In this document: positions 26,001-38,630 of the stretch, piece after piece
Layout: every line of letters begins with the position of its first letter
How positions within the stretch are numbered: position 1 is the first letter of the stretch
Source: Penicillus capitatus
Taxonomy: Eukaryota > Plantae > Chlorophyta
Assembly (NCBI GenBank): GCA_965649825.1
Contig: OZ287696.1
Coordinates: forward strand, 601,101-665,100
Direction of reading: 5' to 3'
Length of the DNA stretch: 64,000 nucleotides
The notes under the pieces: model-generated
What the model saw: the letters and a program-made list of their open reading frames with translations, nothing else
Database searches by the model: none
What the model was told of the DNA's origin: nothing
Program-made: the position numbers and the translations under genes

Positions 26001-27806
26001 AGGCACACAATTGGTGTTGGATGGTGCAGCTGGAAATCTGAAGTTCCAAGTGCGTGTCTAAAAATGCCCAACAGCTGTTAGACGATGCTCGTAGATTTCG
26101 GCTCCTTTACGAAGAGAAAAGATCTGTCCACAGTTCTCTCTTTCCAAAGTGCACATTCCGCTGCGTCCAACGGAGACATCTCTCATTCCCTTAACCAGTG
26201 AGAGAGACACACTACCCAACGAACGTGTGATTCACAAATTGTCATTGACATACAAACTCAAACTCCAAGAAGGAGGAAAGATCACGCCAAGGCTACCCAT
26301 GTTCAACAGGTCTTCTTTTCTGCCTCTTGCAATGAAGATAGAGGCACTAATCACATTGTGTATTGCAGACAGATGTATGACTGTGAGGTTGAGGGACAGA
26401 TGGTGCATGTATTCGATGCGAACAAGAAACTCCTGCTCGTTTCCGACGTCTACCCTTCGTCCGTCAGCGTGAAGAAAGGAGATTACACGATTATTGTCGT
26501 CATGCGTCATGACAACACCGAAGTGCTGAAACAGTTTGAGCATCTGCCTCTCATCGTTGAGAAGCAGCTGGAGAAGTCCATCTCTGTTCCCATCTACAGA
26601 ACATATCTAGAGAGCACAAGAGGTGGCAAAAAAGAGAAATCGATTGATCTCTACAAAGGACAAATGATAACGCTGGTCGCTGGGCCTCTGACGGACAGTC
26701 TACCAAAGGACTGTGCACCAGGTAGGTATGGTATCCCTATGGCTGCCAAGGTCATCGATGGTGTGATTGAGGGATGGTGATGCATGGTACGGTGACAATG
26801 GGCCAAACAAATCAGCAAACAGCTGCGCCTTCTCGAACAACTGCTGTGTACATTGTTCCGCCGACGAAGACTGCGACGGACGCCAACAATGTCACATCCA
26901 ATGCGCTATCTGTGTCGGCCAAGCTCAGCGATGCATCCAGAGATGCAAAGATCAAAACTCTTGGAGTGAGCCATCGGTGCGCGGACCGTTTCCGAATGAG
27001 ATGCCTATGCGTATAGGACCTCAGCTTGAAATCGGATTCAGATGTGAAGGAATTCGACAGCGCCGTTGAAGAGTTGAAGGCAGACTATCCCCAACACCTT
27101 CCTCTGCTCACGACTATCTTGAAGAAGTATGATGGAATGGAAGAATCCAAGCGATCGGCAAAGATCGACGTCATCAAGGCTCTCTGTGAGGAGATTGTGA
27201 GTTGCATTGATAAGACGGAGCTGGCGTGCTTCTTGGCAAGGAAGTGTCCTGACGAGTCTAAAGGTTTGTTCGATTCCTGCAACGTCTACAGATGGACACT
27301 CTTCGATAGAGGGCAAAAAGAGAAGCAAGGAGGCGACAGAAGAGAAGGACGCTCTCATTCTGGCCCTCGAAAAACAGATTATCCATACTTCGAAGGAGCA
27401 AGAAGAAAGCGAGGCGGTAAGACGAAATCCTTAGCGCAGGAGTGCCATCTGGCATCGCTGTCTAGGTGGATGTTTCCGCAGTGAAACCCATTTTTGAGGA
27501 ACTCAGGAAGTGGGCCAATCCAGAAGAGGCATCTCTGGCGTTAACGCATGCCAAACTCGAAGCATCTTGTGGCAGGTATGCCTCAAATCTTTTTGATCGT
27601 TCATTCGTGCATCGTGGCAAAACTGTAGACATGCCAAAGCCATCAAATTACTCGACGTGGTCATTGCTTCAGACAAGAGCATGGCTCCACGCGAAGTTTA
27701 CGATTTTAAAGTCAAGTGCCTGACAGCATTGGGATGGCAACATTGGGCACAGAACCAAAAGACACATGCAGATATCAGCTTTCCTAAGAAGTTTGCACTC
27801 TGTTGA
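23042..27806 (+). CDS. TPP2: Tripeptidyl-peptidase II (subtilase), about 14 introns; alternative ATG at 23195
   Basis: VMPKEEIGATKFLK, catalytic IFDTGVDP, GMHGTHVAGI and NGTSMASP, plus YTFSSRGP. Stop TGA at 27804-27806. Confidence 0.93.
24885..24939 (+). other. GC-AG intron in TPP2
   Basis: CTC TCA G|GCATGA...ATGCAG|GT CTC AAA gives LLLSGLKK..RRAIENTA. No plausibly sized GT donor exists in the required phase. Confidence 0.8.
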
Positions 27807-27846
27807 TCTCAGCATTCATTTTGTGCACGTCAAATGGGACGTCTGT

Positions 27847-28158
27847 CTATTTGGGGGCCTGAGACAGCTCGGGAGGTTTGCCTCCTGGAACGAGCAGTGC
27901 CACATTGTTCCCATTCAACAGTATCTGATCCAGATTTGTTACTTCCACTTCGCCTTCGCGTCCAATTTCCAACTCCTGTACGTCTTCCAGGACGATATTC
28001 ACATAGGAATCAAAACCACGAAACGTCCCCACGAGCTCTGTACTCCCTTTCATGATTACCCAGATGCGCGAGCCCACACATCGACTTATCAGCTCCGACG
28101 GCAACAACCGCGACGGGTTCTTCGAAAAATCAGCCTTGCGCGGAGCCACTAACGACAT
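27847..28158 (-). CDS. LSM5: Sm-like protein LSM5, intronless
   Basis: [58 protein letters not shown]. Confidence 0.92.
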   Translation of the reverse strand: MSLVAPRKADFSKNPSRLLPSELISRCVGSRIWVIMKGSTELVGTFRGFDSYVNIVLEDVQELEIGREGEVEVTNLDQILLNGNNVALLVPGGKPPELSQAPK

Positions 28159-28353
28159 TTTGATGGAAAGTCATTTAGTAGATGCGTCATCAGCATTTTT
28201 GTGCCTAAAGTACGCCGCGTTCATTTCTGTGCAAGATGTCGCTGAGGAGCGGCCCGTTGAAGTAGTCTCTTCACGTCTCGTGCAAACACTTAACCTCGTT
28301 TTGGGCATCGCGCTCTGCAGAAATGCCGCGGAGGCGAAAGGGGGATGGTTTGA

Positions 28354-29131
28354 ATGCATCTGCGCCAATCCAGTAAACAACATCACCATGGCTGGCGCAC
28401 GAACGCACGGCGTTCTTGTTTGTGTAGGATGGAAGTCAACGCACGGTCGCCGGAATTCGTCTGTCGGATTGGGGTAAACACGACGTGACACGAGACGCGC
28501 TGTCTCGGAAAACAGCTTCGTCTGCGTAGGTATCATTCTTGGCTGTTTGGCCTTACTCTACACTTTTCTCGGTTTCTTCTACGCCGGACTGATCAACATC
28601 GCGATCGAAGTGCGACAAGAAGACTGGCTGCGTAAGAGCCGCTTGACGTCACGTACCAGTCTGTGACCTTGTTTCCAGTTCTGGCCGACAATCATTATGG
28701 GCCCTTTGAAAGAGCGTCTCGGTATCTGCTGAATCCTAGAACGGGAGGGAAGATCCCTGCACTGAGTCCTCCAGAAGACACTTCCCTTGTCACGCGGGAG
28801 ATGACGTACAGGGAATACAATCGACCAGACGGCTGCGTAAAACAGACGGTATGTCTGTCGGCTGCCGCGTTTGTACATATGTCAAGTGTATGGAGTGCAT
28901 CAGGTGGATGGGACGTCTGTGGAAGTCTTGATCTGCGATGCATCGGGTGAGGCATCAGACCACCGTTGGGTGGTCAATCCCTGGCTGATCGATCTTGCTC
29001 GTATGGCCTCGTCGCCTTACTTTAATGAAGCCTGTGGGTATACGGACACCGGCGCAAGCATTCTACAGGCTAACGGTTTGCCTTACGGAAGTGGTACGTG
29101 CGTTAATGGCATTGGAAATGCTACCAGTTGA
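28354..29131 (+). CDS. Hypothetical single-pass (probably type II) membrane protein, about 5 exons; start uncertain (28354 or 28388)
   Basis: GT-AG joins give a basic N-terminus, the hydrophobic stretch FVCVGIILGCLALLYTFLGFFYAGLINIAI and a C-terminal domain with 4 Cys ending at TGA 29131. Confidence 0.6.
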
Positions 29132-30211
29132 TAGCGACTGTCGCGAAACCGATGACAGCGGTGTCGTCGAAGCAACAGGATTGGATTGTTTGTAACGAGG
29201 CATTGTGATTTCTACCTTCGAGCAGAATTCTGGTGGGCTATCGATGAACACTGAAACTGTTTATTCAACGCACATCTGTATGCCAACACCTTTCTATGCG
29301 TCTGCTGAATTGCGAATATTATTAGAGCAACTTCCGAACCAAAGTGCACTTCGAGGTTTCCAAATACTGTCATAGTACTTCGTTATGCATATATAGCTAG
29401 ATAAACCTTAAAACACGAATTTTGTCAATGACCGACTTGAAGAGAGCGTGGTCCGCACCTCCTATCTATGTTGGTGTGCTCGATACTAAGCGAGCTATAG
29501 ATATCGATGCATGAGTGCCGGCCGATGTGACCCGTCATTCATCTAACGCAAACGGCAGATTGATCATTCGATGTGGCCCTTAAGGGCAAAAAACTTCCTA
29601 ACGCTAATTGCCGACGAATGCTCTCATCCGTATTATGAGATGTGACGATCACATCTGAACAACGAGGATCTCGTCCACAGAAACGACGATGATCAACAGC
29701 GAATCGGTCATTTTCGTAGAAATTGTTGAAGGATATAGTCCAGAGAGCTAGCGGATGCGACCGAGCTCTCTGCCAACCATTATCTGCCTCGACGATTCTG
29801 AACGATTTCAACATTGGGACACCGCTTTCTGCTGCAAGCGGTCCAGTCTCGCTGTATCATCCTTTAGTGGATTATCTGTCGAATCCCGCGCATTTTTATG
29901 ATTGGACATTGCATCTACCTACCATTTTGCAACGCGATGTGCATCCACTGAGTGCAGATGTGGATGTCGACATGGCGCGATCGAGCTGCGGACGGCATGG
30001 GATCGTCCGACGCTTCTCGCATATCCGCATTTCCGTTCCTTCAATGCGACCTTGGAGTGTCACTGTCGCGGAAGTGGCCTTCCGTTGCACAGCTATGCCG
30101 TCTCTTTCCAGCAAACAAACAGTACGTGGCGAACGTGTCGCGATCTTCTCCAGCTGTCACATCAACATCAACAACGTCTCGACATCATTTCCGCGGCAGA
30201 AGCGTGAAACC

Positions 30212-33200
30212 ATGGCGCACGAACCCCGACTTTCGTTTCAGATCGATGAGTGCATGAAGGAGCCAGAACTCCCTCCATCGCCCCTGATAAACGAACTCTC
30301 CTTCCAAGTCCGTCCTGCATCCCTCCGTGTGTTCGTCATCTTCTGTACTCAGAGCGTTCTGGGCATTCTCGAGAAGTATGTCAACATTCGGCATGGCTGG
30401 CGCAGGAGACTCTGCGTCCTGAAGGGAGGTGTCTTGCGTTACTACAAAGTAGGACAGGGTTTCGCCTAGACGCTGCATGATGACGAGGACAGGTCGAAGA
30501 AGGCATCACGGACCAGCCGATTCTGTCGATGGTCGAGAAGGCGAGGGAGAACGGGGAAATCAGTCTGATAGGCAACGAATTGCCGATTCTCGAACGCGAT
30601 GGGCCCAAGTAGTGCAACGGAGATGTCCCTTTGCGTGACCTGTCCTTTCGATGCAGGCACTCGTCTGCCGCTTCGTCGAAGTCTGTGCTGAGGATGAATG
30701 AAGACGGCATGGTTCCCCTGGGCGAGATACATCTTCAGGTGCCGAAACGGCTCCGTGTCGTCTGGATGTCGGACGTGTGTCGATGTCCAGATTGCCAGTG
30801 TGGCCGACAGTCAATCGGGGGACAGCAAGCGATTCACGATTCACAGCGGAACGAAGAAGCTGCGGTTCAGAGCGGACTCCGAGTGACCCCGACCCCTTGG
30901 CGTGACGCCGCAGGCCCCTTATTTCGCCGTGTGCTTCGCAGACTCGATAAGAAGGCGTGGATGGATGCGCTGCAGCTGAGGAAGGTAAGTGAGCACCGTG
31001 ACCGAAGTCCGCTCTGCGAGAGGCGGACCCTGTTCCAGAAGCACAGCGTCTATTGGGCCAAGATGAGTTCGTCCGGCATGTTTCCGACGGTGCTCAGCGC
31101 TCCGGACGAGGTGGAAGATACCCTGGCTGTTCACAGTCGAGCGAACAGGTCATCATCCCCCGAGGAAGTGGCATCGGCCGCTCACCCCTGTGTTCCTCAC
31201 TCAGTCTGTTCGACACGTTGACGATCCCGGACATTCGCCAGAAGCTGCAGAGCAGAGGGGCAACGGACGCTCAAGTGCAGATCTGCGAGGAATTCATGCT
31301 GGACCAGCACAAGTTCTACATCAACTACATGCAGCAGGAAGCGGAGAAGCGACTCCAGCTCATCAGACACATACGGAGTCTCGAGGTTGGCCCGGCGACA
31401 CCTCTCTGACGCGGATCGACGGTGGGATGGTGCTGCAGGAGGACAAGAGGCTGCTGGAGCAACAGATCGTCGTGCACGATCGGACGGACTCCGTGATGAC
31501 GGATGATGTGCTGCTGTTTCCTCCTGCTGCAGCGGTGAGTGACCGTCTGTCCTGCCAACTGACAAAGTCCGACGGGGGTGCAACGTTCCAGTCCTCCGTG
31601 GCGCTGGACGCGCGATCTCTGGAGGGGGATGAGGCGGCAGACGATTCCGAAGACGACGTGTACTACGACTGCTTTCCGGTCCCGCCGCCCATTCGAGACG
31701 CGGTGTGCATCAGCCTGCACGGGGGACGGCTTCTGATGCGAGAGGGTGTGGCATGGCGCAGGATGAGAAGGCGAAAGAAGTGGCATCGGCAGAGACGGAG
31801 AAGAGCCTGCCCGGCAACTCGGCCTCGGTCTCGGAGAGCAGCAGCAGGGACGGGATGTACAGACTGGACGGTCCCATCGCGCTGAGCAAGGAGGATCTGC
31901 AGGAATGGCTCAGGTTTGCCCGGTCCCGCCGCCGAGAGGGTCGAGAGACGGATGTTCTGCTGCAGAGAAAACGGAAGGCCATCGTCGCGTCGCGATCGAC
32001 TTCCGAAGCCGCAGCAGAAGGAGAAGAAGGTCGGCCTGTGGGGCATCATCAAGGAATGCATCGGCAAGGATCTGACAAAGGTCTGTCTGCCTGTCTACTT
32101 CAACGAACCTCTCTCCGCTCTCCAAAAAGTGAGCGAGGAGCTCGAGTACGCGGATCTGCTCGACAAGGTAATCCCGCAGCCGAGCGCCGTCTCCTCGGAC
32201 AGGTGCGGCGCACGCAGGCCATGCAATTCCGGCCAGGATCTGTGGAGAGAATGCTCTACGTTTCCGCCTGGGCCGTGAGTGGCTACGGAGGCACAATGGG
32301 GCGCGTGACAAAGCCCTTCAATCCCCTCCTCGGCGAGACCTTCGAGCTTGTGAATCCCGAAAAGGTGCTGCCCGGAACGCCGAGAGGGCGACGTGCGCGA
32401 TGTTCTCTTGCAGGGGTACCGTTTCCTCGGAGAGAAGGTCGTGCATCACCCCACCGTCTTCTCCATCTACTGTCAAGGAAGCAGATGGGAGGTTGCCGCA
32501 GACACGGACCTCAAGAGCAAGTTCTGGGGCTCCAGCATCGAGCTGCGTCCGGTTGGAGTCATTCTCCTCAAGACACACGACGGCGAGACATACAAACTCA
32601 ACAAGGTGAACCTCCGCGAGAGGCTGTCCCGGAGGTGTGCTCTTCAGGTGACGACGTCGATCAACAATCTCATCATCGGCAAGCTCGAGATCGATCACCA
32701 CGGACTGATGAAGATTCAAAACCTGACGTCCAATCTGACAGGCAAGATTCGCTTCAGCGAGAGGCGCTTCTTCTCCCGCGCTCCGCATCAGGTGGCCCGT
32801 CTTCTCGAGCACGGATGTGCGATCATCGGGGTGGCTTCTGCCTAGGTGGACGGTCACTTCGAGGGGCCGGACGGGAAGATACCCGGGGCCTCGCTCAGCG
32901 GAGTGTGGAGTTCGTCGCTGACGGCGGACGCAGGCAAAGGCGATGGTCCATTCGAGATCTGGAGAAAGAACCCTCCGGCAGTCGAGCCCACGCGCTACAA
33001 TCTGTCGACGTTCGCCATTCGACTGAATGAGACGACCGAAGACATCGACGGCAAAGTGGCTCCAACGGACTCCCGTCTCCGGCCAGACCAGCGGTTCCTG
33101 GAGAAAGGAATGTACGACGAGGCCAACTACGAGAAGCAGAGACTGGAACACCAGCAGCGCGCTGCGCGCAAAGCAGCCGAGAAGGGGGATCCCATTCAAC

Positions 33201-33379
33201 CCAGATGGTTCAAGCACGTTCCCGGCGCCGTCCCTGGAGAGCAGCTGACGTTTGTGTACAAGGGCGGCTACTGGGACTCTAGAGATCGAGGGGAATTCGA
33301 AGGGTGTCGTGACATCTTTGGAGAAACGCTCGGTCCTGTCTCGTCCTCAATCACGTTTTCAAAGTCCTTCAAACCCTAG
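30212..33379 (+). CDS. Oxysterol-binding protein-related protein (ORP1-like; PH + coiled coil + ORD); start could be 29972
   Basis: PH domain [55 protein letters not shown] segments [46 protein letters not shown] and [11 protein letters not shown]. Confidence 0.92.
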
Positions 33380-35559
33380 TGGCAGTCTTAATGAAGGAGT
33401 AGATCTTCATCGGAATTCTCTCTCCCGGTGAAACGTCTGAATAACGCCTTGTCTTTTCATGCACAAGCGACCCGACGCAATCAGAGGACAACAGTCTCTG
33501 GACATAGAACTTCTTGTACCCTGTGTTTTCGTAGTTCTCTCCTCTTCTGTCTCGTGTCTCCGAGGTGACACGTCGCTGTGAGGTGTGTGTGCTATCTCAA
33601 TAAGATCGTCGGCACACTCTTGTGGTTTTTTCGTGCGCTGAATGCGTTCTATGTCTTCCGCACCCTTTCAGTCACACCGTACACGAAGGTATTCGCGAAG
33701 TGTCTGTCTCTGGTGCCTTCGATCTCCCATGGACTCCTCTGCAAAGCCCTATTTCCCTGCTGCCCTCGCCAACTGTCGAATCCGCAAAGGCATCACACGT
33801 CTGAAATAGGCCGACGATAAGAGTCGTTCTGGCGCGATGGGACAGATCGAGAATTGATCCCGTATTTAATTAAGTTTGAGCACTTGCCTCTGTCGCAGAC
33901 TGCATGCGAACGCTAGCGGCCGCTTCTCGGTCCGCGGTGTCACTTCCGTCCCGCCATTCTTAAGCTCGTCTCTCACTTTTGGTGCGCCTGCGTACATCCG
34001 CCAAGAAAGACAATGCAGAAGCGTCCTCGTCGTCAGCAGAACCGGCAATGGAGTCACGCCGGCCACAATACTCTTCGCGCAGCCAACGCTGTTGTCCATC
34101 GACGACTCGACCTCGGCCGGCCTCCGGTAACTGACTGATCAGTTTCTCATTGTCATCGACGAAAGGGCACGGCACACGGAAACGAGATGGACCGCCCCGA
34201 TAAGAGAGGAGGATCTGCGAAGAGCATAGGGTCTGTTCTCGAAGCAGAAAAGGGATCTGGAGAACCGCGAAGAGTCCATAGGGACATGCGACGAAGCTGT
34301 CGACGCAAGAAAGGCAGAGTCTTTGCATGGCATGGAGAGCGGCGACGAGGAATTGCAGGAAGTGGACAAGAGAACAGACAGCACGAAACAAACAGGATAC
34401 AGTTCAAAAGGGCAGAGGAGAGTCGAGTAGCCCCAGAACTCAAGACAAGGAAGACTGAAGTTGCAAGATGCGCATACACGTAGCTGCACATGGTGCTCTT
34501 TATTAAAGGAGCGAAGCTGTGGAACGGAGAACATCGTGCAACGATCATTCAAAAGTGCCTGGGCCTGTTGTGTGTCAAGATGTAGTTGTCTGTCTCATTG
34601 CTTCCGAGCATGTCGTCTGAGGCACCTGCCGTATGAAGCGCCACACGAGGTGACCACTGCAATGTCCTCTCGGAACGGTTTTTTCGATTGGCGGCTATGA
34701 GGCTCCTCTTTCCTCGGACTGGGACGCATATCGTCGTTCCGCATTGGTCCGTCGAGACACGTACGTCCCTTTGTCGCCACTCGGATCTTATAGGCGCGTC
34801 TTGTTGGAGAAATTCATCATCGGTGGACTCGGACTCTTCCAGCGGATCTCTCCTAGGCTAGCCATGTCTTGTGCGCAGCGGAAGGCTTTCGTTGTATAGG
34901 AGTTCAATGCGCGCAGCAAAAGTGCTCGAGAAAGGCGAGAAGGTTCGCACATATCACATTTTACAGCTAAGGTTTGGGAGCAGAAGGTGCACAAGAAAGC
35001 CCAGAACAGAAGTTAGATCACCAAAGAAGCTAAACGACACAACTACACGACGAAACCTCCAATTAAATGCGCGGAATCGCCTCGGGAACTGGGAATTTCT
35101 CCACGAGCTTAGTGTAGCCAGAGAAGCTCAAGTGGTTTCACCGCGAGCTCTACTCCGCATCCAGCCGATCCTCCGGTCCTAGAGGCTTTAGCTAACAAGG
35201 TCTTTGGATCAGTCGATTCCGCAGCATCCGTCGCGCCACGCTGCTCCGCCCAGGAATCCGCACCTTCCATCGCATCGGCGTCTGTCCCTTCCTTGTCTGC
35301 CTCCACACTTCGCATGTGCAGCACATCCGAGATTGGTTTTCAGGCCGCGCTCGACGCAAAATCTTTACATTCTTTCCCCAAGCGTTGATTCCTGATGATG
35401 TCCAAAGGGAATCCCTATCTCGCTATGCTCTTGACCTATTTTAACCCGCTGTCAGAATTTAACTGGAACTCAAAAGACTTCCGTCTGGACATCTAAGGTT
35501 TGCAAACGACTTAGTTGCGTGGACAGATTCGACGACCGTTTAAAAAAAGTCATCGTCTA

Positions 35560-36700
35560 GGTTACTTTCATCGCCCTTCAAAGGGGGCGGAGTTGCACCA
35601 GGTTCGCTCTCTTGCTTGGTAAGATGAGAGCTTGGCCTCATCCTTTCTTTCAGAGTATTTTCTTTGTGCACTTACAGGGAGGCTCGAATTTTGTGCGATT
35701 ATTGTCGCACACTGCTTTGGCTAAGTTATCTCTCCTAGTCTAACAGGTTGGTTATGGGCACAGGTGCCCTGTTATCCGGTTCTTTCAAGAAGGTCTTCCT
35801 GTTCTCGATGTGGGCGGAAGTAAATTGGACGCAGTAGTTCCTCATTGTGAGTCTTGATCTCTTGGGGTCTTGCGCCGTAGAGTGTCTCCCGGAACGGAAA
35901 AGAGGGAAAATTCCAAGAATCCGCATTTTTCGTTGTCAAATGACGAGGCAGAATGCTCGGTTGATCTGTTGTGACCAGAGTCTAAATCCCCTGGTTTCGA
36001 TATTGCGTTATGTGAGTCAGGACAGGTAAGAGGATAGCCGCGAACCAGTTGTCTTAGCATCGTCGGATAAACCCAAATAGATTAAGGTGACGACTAGCTT
36101 CGTTTGGACGAGTCTTCAGAAAGCAGAGGCCTGGCGAGGTTCAATATGGTTGTGCTTGAGGAGGCGTTGTCAATGTGGAATCCGAGGTAACGCACGGATT
36201 GTGTTTGCTTGAGTTGTTGTCCTTGGAAGCTGAGTGTCGGTGAGTCTTTGTCTAGGAGTCTGGAGAGATTGTCATCTACGTCTTTTCCACTTTGAATTTT
36301 AGTACGGAACTGTCGGCCACTTTTCATGTTCTTTGAGACCGAGTCGGGGGTATCCGCGGCGTCCGTGTCGTCCGCTGCGATCTGTTTTCGTAAGATCCAT
36401 TGATCGGCATACAACTGTCCCTACGTCAAGTCAGCCAACCTACTCAACGCACTGTTTGCAAATGAGATGAAGAGTGGTGAGACCGACAGGTAACCTTGAA
36501 GGATGCCCCTTTGGAGTGGCATATCTAGCCGTTTAGGTCCATGAGGGTCTTCTCCTGCCTCTCTAGGAGCAAGCCATCCAGAGGTTTAAGTAGATAGCGC
36601 GGCATGTTTGGCTTTTATCGCATGTTCCATACGAGACTGTGGTCTGCAGAGTCACGGGCCGCTTAGAGGTCGAACGAGCTCAGTTATGGCCACATGATGC
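35560..36700 (-). mobile_element. Decayed non-LTR (LINE) retrotransposon, reverse-transcriptase and C-terminal remnant; boundaries approximate
   Basis: Minus-strand frames give KGILQGYLSVSPLF (cf. GVPQGSxLSPLLF), LYADQ (cf. YADD), QTQSVRYLGFHID (YLG motif) and NLVQLR, in RT order but broken by stops and frameshifts. Confidence 0.75.
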
Positions 36701-37375
36701 CGCGAAAGTTCAGTCGACACCCTTTGTTACATCCAATCTGCGTATCAAATCATGTTTGTGTCGATGTGCTAGGCAGTCGAGACAGTGAAGAATTCAGCTG
36801 CCCTGCTACGAATCCTTTGCGAAAACAATCAGATAAAAACCCCTAATGAACCCACCATCTTTTTTCACTTATTAGCTGTCCTCCCCACAGTGGATTCTTT
36901 CAACCATTCATCCACAACATATACACACCCGCTTAAAGAAGAAGGATTTCTTTTCTTTACACACCAACCACATATCGCCCACTTTGAAGCCAGCAATCGC
37001 TCAGCCATAAATCTGTAACACCCATTTACGTTTATCATCGAAAACGGAAGCCAATGACGTCACAGCTGGCTGGAGAAATTTATCATCAATGAGTGTTGAA
37101 AGCGTTCGCTGAAACTTACGAACGACCACCTCCAGCAGCATTCCAACGTTGACAGCTTGACAGCTTCGTGTACGTTCGACATCCATTTTTCATCAGATAC
37201 CCCTTAAAAGTTGACTTCGATTGATGACTAATAATGCATGAGGTAAGTAAGGCACAGCGATTGGTTCATGTCAAGTTCTGAGTGTGAACCTCTTGAAGTG
37301 TGGAAAGGAAAAAACATCGACATTGGAAATGAAACATCGAAAACATCATAGAACGAAAACAGTCACATCATGAGA

Positions 37376-38498
37376 TCAGTCAAAACTCCTTCCCAATTCC
37401 TTATTAATCCCTTTTCTCAGTGCCTCGTACGAATCATAACCCGTAACAGGAGTCACGGTTTTTTTCCAGGTCTGGTCGATCTTGTCGAGAATGAAGTCTG
37501 GGAGAACTTCTTTGCTCTCATTCACGGCTCCCTTTCTCACTTTGCCGGCATTCCCTTGCATCCCTGCGTCTCGAGGGAGACCGATGGCCTCGTTACGCTG
37601 GTTTTTCAAAAGGTGCTCATCAAATTTACTCGAATGCTCTTTCATGAAGTCAAAGCTTGCCTGGTGACACACAAACCAGACGTCAGACAGAAAGAAGGAC
37701 AGTAGATCATGACTTGACGCGCGACGAGCTTCTGTAGCTCTTTGTCTCCGATACCAATCTCGAGGAATTCTGCAATTAGTCGCACGCATTCACCCAGATT
37801 CTGTTTCAAGTCCTCATAGTGCAACCAAAGGACGTTTTTATCACGACGATAGGGATACCAACTCGCTACCAATCAGAATGCGATGGTAAGAAGTCCATCA
37901 CGCAGAGTTCATACTGTGCCTTACCTAGATGGTGAAAATGCGATGCATTCTCCATGGGGCTTCTGGGCGCCCCAGGCATCAAAAACACCCACTCGACGAA
38001 CTCCTCCGCTGGGATGTCCTCGGCAGTGAAGCACCAATTCACCATGAAGTGATAAAAAGACAAGGCCGCATCGGAGGGCTGTCTAGAACACAATGATGGT
38101 CAGAATGACCTAAGATCGTCACGATGCGGAACATACCGTTGCAAAACAATGTACTTTGCAGCACCCTTCGGGCACGAAGGGTGCCACAAATGCGTTTTGT
38201 ACACGCGAGGCGTAAATGGCTGAGGAGCTTGTAGGTCTGTGTATCCGTACTCGTGTGCATGTTCGAGACAGGGAATCACCATCCCGATTTCTTCAAAGTC
38301 CATGTTGCCCCCGGAACGCAATCCGTGGCAGATTTGCTGTAACCATGTTGTCCCGGCTTTCGGCGGTGTAGAGAGGATCACGTCTGACGATAACGGTTTA
38401 AAGTTAACGCCTTTTGAATGACTCTCCTGGCTGATGTACTTTGCCAAAATGCAAAAGAAATTGCGCATCGGCGCAGACGGCAACGCAACTTCTCCCAT
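37376..38498 (-). CDS. Cytosolic-type PAPS-dependent sulfotransferase, 4 exons
   Basis: 5'-PSB loop STPPKAGTTWLQQI, KTH, 3'-PB motif R|QPSDAALS, LHYEDLK and KVRKG. Confidence 0.88.
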
Positions 38499-38630
38499 GA
38501 CGGCCTCGAAACGCGGGTGGGTGTCAGCACTGCAAAAACCGCAAACTCGAATTGGCGATTGGATCGTTTGCGGTCGTAATGCTTTTCATTGTCAGACGAT
38601 CATCGAAGGAACAAGAACAAACAAACGGTC

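Noticed and set aside
27847-28158. LSM5 as a retrocopy or pseudogene
   Set aside because: The ORF is intact with both Sm motifs, there is no poly(A) remnant, and lacking introns is unremarkable for a 312-bp gene.
12400-29200. TGTAA chlorophyte polyadenylation signal
   Set aside because: It occurs about 60 nt after the SOD stop and the 29131 stop, but is absent after most other stops, so it cannot be supported as a general signal.
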